Assembly: GCA_023266845.1 (NCBI GenBank)
Contig: JAHFPH010000003.1
Coordinates: forward strand, 1-59,617
Source: Rhodospirillaceae bacterium
GTDB taxonomy: Bacteria; Pseudomonadota; Alphaproteobacteria; JAEULC01
Direction: 5' to 3'
DNA: 59,617 bases
Shown here: positions 18,696 through 25,929 of the stretch, one piece after another
Layout: every line of letters starts with the position of its first letter
Numbering within the stretch: position 1 is the first letter of the stretch
Program-made: the position numbers and the translations under genes
The notes under the pieces: model-generated
Told to the model about the DNA's origin: nothing
Seen by the model: only the letters and a program-made list of their open reading frames with translations
Databases searched by the model: none

Positions 18696-19427
18696 CTATT
18701 TAAGGTTTCGGTTCCACAGCGCGAACAGTTTCGTCCAGGTCTCCTCGGCGGCGGCGGCGTTGTAGTCCTTGCGCGCGGGGAAGCAATAGCCGTGATGCGT
18801 GCCTTTCACGATCTCGCAGGTGTATTCGACCTTGGCTTTGTCCAGGGCCTGCTTCAGCGTCGGGATCACGGGCGCCGGCACGTCGGGATCGACCTCGGCG
18901 AAGCCCAGATACAACTCGGCCTTGATGCGGTCGGCCAGGAGATGCGGCGAATCCTCCTTGTCGGTGACGATGCCGATGCCGTAGAGCGACGCGGCCGCGG
19001 CGATGCGCTGCGGAAATTTTCCGGCCGCGGTCACGACATAGCGCCCGCTCATGCAATAGCCGACGCAGCCCACCGGCCCGGGTTTCACCTTTTCCTGCGC
19101 GTCGAGGAACAGCAGCATTCCGCCCGTGTCGTCGGCCACCAGCGTGTTGTTCAGCGTGTTCATCGCGGCGCGGATCACCGTCGACATGGCCTCGTCGCGG
19201 CGCGGGATGTCGAAGCGCAGCATGCCGTTGCGATAGTACATGTCGGGCAGCAGGCAGAAATATCCATGCTTGGCGACGCGACGCGCGAAGTTGCGCAATT
19301 CCTCGCGGATGCCCGGCGCGTCCATGTAGATGATGACGGGCGGAAAGCGCCCCGGCCCTTCGGGGCAAGCGGCGAAGGCCGGCATGCCGCCGTGCTTGGT
19401 ACCGACGATGACATCCTGTTCGATCAT
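18696..19427 (-). CDS. dienelactone hydrolase family protein
   Basis: 243 aa. Cys nucleophile elbow VGYCMSGRY and a C-terminal GTHHGY block, as in the DLH family. Confidence 0.85.
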   Translation of the reverse strand: MIEQDVIVGTKHGGMPAFAACPEGPGRFPPVIIYMDAPGIREELRNFARRVAKHGYFCLLPDMYYRNGMLRFDIPRRDEAMSTVIRAAMNTLNNTLVADDTGGMLLFLDAQEKVKPGPVGCVGYCMSGRYVVTAAGKFPQRIAAAASLYGIGIVTDKEDSPHLLADRIKAELYLGFAEVDPDVPAPVIPTLKQALDKAKVEYTCEIVKGTHHGYCFPARKDYNAAAAEETWTKLFALWNRNLK

Positions 19428-19508
19428 GGCGAAGCGTCCTTGCGGGTTCGATAAAGGCGCGGCCCCGGGACGCGAACGCCCCAGGACAGCGCAACGAGAT
19501 AACGCGAC

Positions 19509-20528
19509 TTATGCAGACGTTGCCCGCGCGATCTTCACCAGCTCGGGCAGGAACAGTTCGGGGAATTTCTCGATCACCGGCGCCGTCGCGACGCGGAACG
19601 ATTCCACGTCCACGTTCAGATTCACCTCCATGCCCTTTTCTTTCAGGAAGGCATACACTTCTTGCTCGTCCTTTTCGGTGTAGTTGCGCAGATAGGTATC
19701 CGCCTCCTTGGCCGCTGCCAGGAACGCCTTTTGCTCGTCGGCAGAAAGGTCGTCGAACGCCTTCGGATTCACCACTGTATAGGCGATGGTCAAGACATGG
19801 TCGGTCTTGGAAACGTATTTCTGCACTTCGTAGTATTTGTTCGATTTGGCGACCGCAGCCGGCGTTTCCTGCCCGTCGGCGACGCCCTGGCTAAGCGCCA
19901 AATACAGCTCGCTCAGGTCCACCGCCACGGTGGATGATCCCAATTGCTGCATCAAGGCGATATACGACTTCGAATTGGGCACGCGCATCTTCAGGCCGAC
20001 CATGTCCTTGGCCGAGTTGATCGGCCGCTTGTTGTTGGTGACGCAGCGGAAGCCAAGGTCGGTCCAACCCACCAGCTTGAAGCCCTTTTCCAGCGAGCGC
20101 TTGCGCAGTTCGTCGCCGAATGCGCCTTCGATCGCCCGGTGCGCCTGGGCGCGGCTTTTCCAAAGGAACGGTGCGTCGGTGACCGACATCTCGGGCACCC
20201 AGTTCATCAATCCCACGCCGATCGCGCCCATTTCGAGCGATCCGATGCGCACTGCCTGGGCCGTGTCGCGCTCGTTGCCCATCTGCGCGTTGGGGAAGAG
20301 CTGCACCTCGATTTTGCCGCCGGTCTTGGCCTCGATCGATTTCTTGAACTGCTCGGCCCAGATCTGCCAGCCATGCGCCGTGGGCGCGGGATGGGCAAGA
20401 CGGATGCGCTTGGGCGCGGCTTGGGCCCTGACGCCGACCAGGGGCAGCGCCGTCAGCGCGGCGGCGGCGCCTGCCAGCTTAAGGACGTCGCGACGCGACG
20501 CCCGCGATTTGCGATGGAATGAATTCAT
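19509..20528 (-). CDS. dctP: TRAP transporter substrate-binding subunit (DctP family)
   Basis: 339 aa. Leader is SRRDVLKLAGAAAALTALPL. Blocks: IRLAHPAP, FPNAQMG. Confidence 0.9.
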   Translation of the reverse strand: MNSFHRKSRASRRDVLKLAGAAAALTALPLVGVRAQAAPKRIRLAHPAPTAHGWQIWAEQFKKSIEAKTGGKIEVQLFPNAQMGNERDTAQAVRIGSLEMGAIGVGLMNWVPEMSVTDAPFLWKSRAQAHRAIEGAFGDELRKRSLEKGFKLVGWTDLGFRCVTNNKRPINSAKDMVGLKMRVPNSKSYIALMQQLGSSTVAVDLSELYLALSQGVADGQETPAAVAKSNKYYEVQKYVSKTDHVLTIAYTVVNPKAFDDLSADEQKAFLAAAKEADTYLRNYTEKDEQEVYAFLKEKGMEVNLNVDVESFRVATAPVIEKFPELFLPELVKIARATSA

Positions 20529-20552
20529 GTGTTTCCTCCTGTTGCGTATCGC

Positions 20553-22445
20553 TTAGTACTTGAAGTTGAACAGCCTGGGCAGCACGGTCGTGATCCAGGG
20601 CACATAGGCCACGAACAGCAGACCCACGAACATGACCGCGAGATACCAGAGCAGCGGCCGCGTGGCGCGTTCGACTGTCGCGCCGCAGATCGAGCAGGCG
20701 ACGTAAAGGGCGATGCCGATCGGCGGCAGAATCGAGCCGATGCCGAACGCCTCGACCATCAGGATGCCGTATTGCAGCGGGTTGATGCCGAGCAGCAGTG
20801 CTGCGGGCAAAAGCAGCGGCGCCAGGATGATGATGGTGACGAAGCTTTCCAGCATCGCGCCGACCAGCACGGTGATCACGATCACCGCCGGCAGGAACGC
20901 GGCATAGCCGAGGCTGCCCATCGCCTGGGCGATGGCGACGGCCATGCCCTGCAGCGTCATGGCCCACGAGAACACCGTGGCCGCGCTGACGGTGAAGAAG
21001 ATCATGCCGTTCAGCAGCGTCGCCTCGGTCAGGATCTGCCAGATATTGCCCCGGCCAATCTCGCGGTAGATCAGCCCCAGGGCCAGGCCATAGACCACGG
21101 CGAAGGTCGACACTTCGGTCGGCGTGCCGACGCCTGCGACGATGCCGCCGATCAGCACCACCGGCATCAGCAACGGCAGCACGGCGCGCCGCCCGGTGCG
21201 CAGCACCTCGGCGCGCGGCGCGCGCGCGCTCGACGGCCAGCCGGCGATCCTGGCGCGGATATACACCAGCAGCATCAGGCAGGCCGCGACCACCGCCGCC
21301 GGCAGAAAGCCGCCGATGAACAGCGCGCCGGTGGATACCGACGTGACCGACCCCAGCAGGATGATTGCGATGCTCGGCGGCACCGATTCGCCCATCGCCG
21401 CCGAGGCGGCCAGCAGCGCCGCCTGCTCGTGCGGCGCGTAGCCGCGCTTGCCCAGCATCTTTTTCATCGGGATGCCGATCGTGGCCATGTCGGCGGCCTT
21501 CGATCCGGAAATGCCCGACGAGATGTACACGCCCACGATCATCACCTGCATCAACCCGCCGCGGACATGGCCGATCAGCGAGGCGACGAATTCGACGATG
21601 CGCGCGCCGATATCGCCGCGGTCGGTGATGAAGCCGGCGAGGATGAAGAACGGCAGCGCCAGGAAGATGAACCCGCCCGAGCCGCGCTGCGCGTTCATCA
21701 CCACGGCCATCATATTGGCCGATCCGGTGGCATAGACGCAGGCGACGCCCACCGCCCCCAGAACGAAGCCGATGGGAACGCCGATCGCGAGCTGCGCCAG
21801 AAACAACGCGGCCAGCATCAGATACAGCGCGTTGCTGTGGATCCAGGCCGCGTCGCGCGACAGCGCGATCAGCAGCAGCACGGCGGCGACGCCGGCCGCC
21901 GAGCCCAGGGCCGCGCGCAACGGGCGCCGCCACAGCGACAACCCGGCGTGAAGGACGAACAGCGCCGCGCCCAGGGTGATCGGAATCGTCATCCATACAT
22001 AGCCGATACCCAGCAGAATGGTCTTTTCTTCGTAATTGGCGAGCAACAGCGGCACCGAATAGGCGCCGAAAATCAGCGAAATGGCGATCACCGTCCATTC
22101 CACCGCCGCCGCGAAGAATTCGCGCCACGGCTTCGGCAGCCGGTCCACCACCAGCATGATCGCCAGGAACTGCCCGCGGCTATAGGCGACCGCGCCGCCC
22201 ATGAACGACAGGAAAACCAGATAGAGCCACGAGGTCTCGTCGAAGCCCATCAGCAGCGAGGTGTTGAACAACCAGCGCAGCATGGTGTTGCTGAACACCA
22301 GCGCGACCTCGACCACCAGCCCGACATTGAGCAGCGCCAGCACCGCCCCGTCGATCCGCTTCAGCCATTGCGGCACATCGGGCGCGTAGCCCGGGGTCTC
22401 GGCGACGCCGATATCCACCAGGGAAGCCGGCGCGTCGGCTGGCAC
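20553..22445 (-). CDS. fused TRAP small/large permease (DctQ-DctM, SiaQM-like)
   Basis: C-terminal ~630 codons of the 929-aa track ORF. A DctQ-like 4-TM region (WLKRIDGAVLALLNVG..) is followed by a full DctM. There is no in-frame ATG before the first TM; GTG 22445, 2 nt after the hydratase stop, is the proposed start. Confidence 0.85.
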   Translation of the reverse strand: MPADAPASLVDIGVAETPGYAPDVPQWLKRIDGAVLALLNVGLVVEVALVFSNTMLRWLFNTSLLMGFDETSWLYLVFLSFMGGAVAYSRGQFLAIMLVVDRLPKPWREFFAAAVEWTVIAISLIFGAYSVPLLLANYEEKTILLGIGYVWMTIPITLGAALFVLHAGLSLWRRPLRAALGSAAGVAAVLLLIALSRDAAWIHSNALYLMLAALFLAQLAIGVPIGFVLGAVGVACVYATGSANMMAVVMNAQRGSGGFIFLALPFFILAGFITDRGDIGARIVEFVASLIGHVRGGLMQVMIVGVYISSGISGSKAADMATIGIPMKKMLGKRGYAPHEQAALLAASAAMGESVPPSIAIILLGSVTSVSTGALFIGGFLPAAVVAACLMLLVYIRARIAGWPSSARAPRAEVLRTGRRAVLPLLMPVVLIGGIVAGVGTPTEVSTFAVVYGLALGLIYREIGRGNIWQILTEATLLNGMIFFTVSAATVFSWAMTLQGMAVAIAQAMGSLGYAAFLPAVIVITVLVGAMLESFVTIIILAPLLLPAALLLGINPLQYGILMVEAFGIGSILPPIGIALYVACSICGATVERATRPLLWYLAVMFVGLLFVAYVPWITTVLPRLFNFKY

Positions 22446-22447
22446 GG

Positions 22448-23203
22448 CTATGCTTCGAACCGGACTTCGGCGGCGCCGAAGCCCGTGAAGGAAGCGGCCA
22501 CGGTCTGCCCGGGCTTGGCGAAATTGAGACCCGTGTAGGTGCCGGTGGTGACCACCGCGCCCAGCGGAATGCCGCCGCCGGAGCGCAAATCGTTCGCCAG
22601 CGCCAGCAACGGCAACAGCGGATCGCCGGTCGGATGGCCGCCGGTCTTGCGCGCGATTTCCCGGCCGCCGATGGCGAGCGTCACTTCGATCTTCGCAAGG
22701 TCGAAGTTGCGCCAATCCGGCCGTAGCGCGCCGCGCACGAAACCGCCATTGGAAACGAAATCGGCGCTGCGATCCAGCAGCGATGCGTCCTTGTAGCTCT
22801 TGAAACGCGAATCCACGATCTCGATCGCGGCAAAGGCCGTAACCGAGCCCGCCACCTCGTCGCGCGAATAGTCCCGCGCGCGCGGCCCCAGGGCGCGGTC
22901 GACCTGGAAAGCGATCTCGGCCTCGACTCCCAACATTCCCATGTCGGCGGCTTTGACGCGCGCCGGGCTGTTGAAAATGCGCGAGCGCAAAATCGCACCG
23001 CGCACCAGTTTGCCGTCGATCGGCGCGGCGACTTTCCACCCGCCCACGGATTCGCCCAGGGCCGCTACGACCGCGGTTTGGATCGCGTGCGCGTCGTCCG
23101 CGCTCGCCGGGCTGCAATCCGCCGGCAGCGCATCGATCAGCCTCCCCGTGCGCCGGGCGTCGATCAACGACCCGGCGGCCTTCTCGATCGCGCGTCGATC
23201 CAT
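22448..23203 (-). CDS. FAH-superfamily 2-oxo-enoate hydratase (MhpD/HpcG-like)
   Basis: The track ORF starts at TTG 23269; ATGs are at 23242 and 23203. The sequence DAHAIQTAVVAALGESVGGWKVA.., GVEAEIAF and a C-terminal TTGT block resemble 2-keto-4-pentenoate / 2-oxohepta-3-ene-1,7-dioate hydratases. Confidence 0.82.
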   Translation of the reverse strand: MDRRAIEKAAGSLIDARRTGRLIDALPADCSPASADDAHAIQTAVVAALGESVGGWKVAAPIDGKLVRGAILRSRIFNSPARVKAADMGMLGVEAEIAFQVDRALGPRARDYSRDEVAGSVTAFAAIEIVDSRFKSYKDASLLDRSADFVSNGGFVRGALRPDWRNFDLAKIEVTLAIGGREIARKTGGHPTGDPLLPLLALANDLRSGGGIPLGAVVTTGTYTGLNFAKPGQTVAASFTGFGAAEVRFEA

Positions 23204-23439
23204 GGCTTCGCGTTTCGCTTCCCGGCGTGATTTTTTTTGCATGAGAGAACGGCCAATCGCGTTGGCCAATGTTATATCGACTTACGATAGGGGTGAAGAG
23301 CCGGATGCAAACCGGCCGCGATGTGAACGGCGATAAACTCACACAAAAATCTCATGCCGGCTTCGGCATGCGCCGGTACCCGCGCGGGATGTTTCCCGGC
23401 GAAGCTACGCCCCGATCTTTTGCCCTATGCGCCGATCGC

Positions 23440-24008
23440 GCCCATCTGCCTGTTGCTGCTCGCCATCGGCGTCTATCCTTCAGGGCGGCGGCGATCGCGA
23501 CAGTGACTCGGCCGAGCTTGGCGGCGAACGCCTTCAGCGCGATGTCCATTTCGCCGTCCGGCGCGTTGTGGCGCAGCGCATGCTCCAGCCGCGCGGCGGA
23601 GTCCTGCGCCTCGTCGGCTCCGATAGGCGCGCAGCGCCGACACCAGCCAGTCGCCTGGCTGCGACGAATTCTGGATCAGCTTCCCGATCCGGTCCTAGTT
23701 GCCGGTCAGCAACTGCCTGAACGTGACCGTCAACACGCGCAGCTCGAACCACGCTCCATCGCGGCGCGGTAGGGCGCGGACAGCAGTGTGTCCACGTCGC
23801 CGAGTACGCCGTCGAAGGCGACGGTAACGGCCTCGGCGATCGGCGGGCTTTGACGGCGGCTGCCCGCGGTGGTCTCCAGCAGCAGCACGAAATTCGCGGT
23901 GTCGATCTTGGTCTGCCCGATGGCCGAAGCCAAATCGGTGCGCGCTTCGATTTTGCTCAGCTTGTATTCTTCAGTGACTTCGACGAGCGCGAGGATCGCC
24001 AGCTCCAC
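23440..24008 (-). pseudogene. possible decayed gene remnant (unknown family)
   Basis: Protein-like (not R/G/P-rich) minus-strand translation is split over three frames: ..ERLLVELAILALVEVTEEYKLSKIEARTDLASAIGQTKIDTANFVLLLETT.., then ..DRIGKLIQNSSQPGDWLVSALRA.., then ..PIGADEAQDSAARLEHALRHNAPDGEMDIALKAFAAKLGRVTVAIAAALKD. No ATG start, and a stop lies immediately upstream. Confidence 0.25.
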
Positions 24009-24064
24009 CAGCAGGCGTTCGGGGGTATGGAGCCGACAATTCTTCGCGTATCCAATAACCGATC

Positions 24065-24101
24065 ACGCCCCGGCCGCGCCACCGGCTTCGCGGGGCGTTT
24101 T
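24065..24101 (+). terminator. GC-rich hairpin with T-run (terminator-like)
   Basis: ACGCCCCG (24065-24072) pairs with CGGGGCGT (24091-24098), followed by TTTT on the plus strand. It lies 51-87 nt beyond the stop of the minus-strand dehydrogenase gene, where it would be read as A-run plus hairpin. Confidence 0.35.
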
Positions 24102-24151
24102 AACCAATGCGATCCGAGATTCAGCCGGGAAAACCGGGGAAAATCGAGGGG

Positions 24152-25045
24152 TTAGCCCCGGATTTCGACGCCCGCGCGCTCCTCGACCACCCGCGCGAGC
24201 GAGGTGAAATCCGAGGCCGCGCCGTATTTATCCTGCGTCGCCTGCAATAGCGCGTGCACCGCCGCTCCCAAGGTCATCGGCACGCCCAGCGCCTTGGCCT
24301 CGGCCATGCACAGCCCGATGTCCTTGTAGGCAAGGCCGGTGGCAAAACCGAAATCGAAGCTGCGCGGCAGGATCGATTTGGGAAACTTGTCCTGCGTGGC
24401 GCTGTTGCGGCCCGTGCCGGCGTTGAAGATATCGACCAGCACCTTCGCGTCGAGCCCGGCCTTCACGCCCATCGCCACCGCCTCGGACGTCGCCGCCAGG
24501 GCCGCGACTGACAAAAGATTGTTGGCGAGCTTCGCGGTCTGCGCCAGGCCCGGCTTTTCGCCGGCGAAGAACGTGCGGCCGAAATTCTTCAGGATCGGCT
24601 CGACCGCCGCGTAGGTTTCCTTGGGGCAGGACACCATGACCGCGAGCGTGCCTTTTTCAGCGCCGGCAACGCCGCCGCTGACCGGCGCGTCCACCCAGCC
24701 GATCTTGCGCTCCTTGAGACCCCCGGCGATCGCGCTCGCCATGCCCTGCCCGGTGGTCGACAGATCGATCAGCGTGCGCACCGAATTCCCTTGCGCCACG
24801 CCGCGCTCGCCCAGCGCCACGCCACGTACGATGTCCGGCGTCGGCAGGCTCATCAGCACGATCTCGGTCCCGGACGCCACCTCGGCGGCCGAGCCGGCCG
24901 ACTTGGCGCCGCGCGCCGTGAGCTTCTTGACCGCCTCGGCGTTGCTGTCGAACACGACCAGCGCATAGCCCGCGTCGATCAGGCGCCGTGCCATCGGCCC
25001 GCCCATGCGCCCCACGCCGATGAAACCGAGCGTCTTTTCCGCCAT
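24152..25045 (-). CDS. NAD(P)-dependent beta-hydroxyacid dehydrogenase (3-hydroxyisobutyrate dehydrogenase family)
   Basis: Start at ATG 25045 (MAEKTLGFIGVGRMGGPMARRL, Rossmann G-x-G-x-x-G). C-terminal 6PGDH-like helical domain. Confidence 0.88.
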   Translation of the reverse strand: MAEKTLGFIGVGRMGGPMARRLIDAGYALVVFDSNAEAVKKLTARGAKSAGSAAEVASGTEIVLMSLPTPDIVRGVALGERGVAQGNSVRTLIDLSTTGQGMASAIAGGLKERKIGWVDAPVSGGVAGAEKGTLAVMVSCPKETYAAVEPILKNFGRTFFAGEKPGLAQTAKLANNLLSVAALAATSEAVAMGVKAGLDAKVLVDIFNAGTGRNSATQDKFPKSILPRSFDFGFATGLAYKDIGLCMAEAKALGVPMTLGAAVHALLQATQDKYGAASDFTSLARVVEERAGVEIRG

Positions 25046-25122
25046 GGCCGCTTCCCCCGCTGCAAGGCTTTGCGCCCAGTATATCGTGGCGGTTGGCGCC
25101 CAATTGGAATAGTTTTCAGCCA

Positions 25123-25929
25123 ATGACCGGCCTTCCCGAATACGCGGTGCACGCGATCAAATACGCGACGCGCGAGGCGCGCCGGGCCGACAATTTCATC
25201 GGCGGCGACCCGCACGACGCGCCGATGCCGATGGATTATTTCATCTGGGTGATCCAGGGCGGCGGCCGCGCCTGGGTGGTCGATACCGGCTTCAGCGCCG
25301 CGATCGCGGCTGAGCGCAAGCGCACGCATCTGCGCTGCCCGGCCGAGTCGCTGGGCCTGCTGGGCTTGAAGGCCGACGCGGTGACCGACGTGATCCTGAC
25401 CCACATGCATTACGACCATGTAGGCAATTTCCATAAATTCCCTAAGGCGCGGTTCCATCTGCAGGAACGCGAGATGTCGTTCGTCACGGGGCGCAACATG
25501 CGCTACCCGTATTTCAGCCACAGCTTCGAGGTGGACGAGGTGGTCGGCCTGGTGAAGCTCAACTTCAAGGGCCGCGTCGAGTTCCACGACGGCGACGACG
25601 AGCTGGCGCCGGGCCTTTGGCTGCATCACACGGGCGGGCACACCGCGGGTATCCAGGTGGTGCGCGTCAACACCAAGCGCGGCTGGGTGGTGCTGGCCTC
25701 GGACACCAGCCACTACTACGAACACATCCGCGCCAACCGGCCGTTCACCGTCGCCTATCGCATCGACGACATGATGCAGGCCTTCCGGCGCATCGAGAAG
25801 CTGGCGGACTCGCCCGATCACATCGTCCCGGGCCACGATCCGCTGGTCATGAAGTATTACCCCGCGCCCAGGCCCGAGCTCGACGGCGTGGTGGTGCGCC
25901 TGGACGTGCCGCCGAAACCTTCCAACTAG
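25123..25929 (+). CDS. MBL-fold metallo-hydrolase, N-acyl-homoserine-lactonase-like
   Basis: The track start at 25093 is TTG; ATG is at 25123 (MTGLPEYAVHAIKYATRE..). Metal motif THMHYDHVGN (HxHxDH), later HTGGHT and GHD blocks. Confidence 0.85.
   Translation: MTGLPEYAVHAIKYATREARRADNFIGGDPHDAPMPMDYFIWVIQGGGRAWVVDTGFSAAIAAERKRTHLRCPAESLGLLGLKADAVTDVILTHMHYDHVGNFHKFPKARFHLQEREMSFVTGRNMRYPYFSHSFEVDEVVGLVKLNFKGRVEFHDGDDELAPGLWLHHTGGHTAGIQVVRVNTKRGWVVLASDTSHYYEHIRANRPFTVAYRIDDMMQAFRRIEKLADSPDHIVPGHDPLVMKYYPAPRPELDGVVVRLDVPPKPSN

Noticed and set aside
20553-23342. 929-aa minus-strand ORF that looks like one giant protein.
   Set aside because: Only the C-terminal ~630 codons are a coherent fused DctQ-DctM permease. 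The N-terminal third is R/G/P-rich shadow sequence overlapping, in another frame, the well-formed hydratase gene (22448-23203). I split it accordingly.
23269-23772. 167-aa plus-strand ORF in the gene-poor region.
   Set aside because: The composition is R/A/S-rich with no motif, no RBS and a TTG-type context. The opposite strand shows more protein-like, but frameshifted, translation, so I treated it as non-coding.
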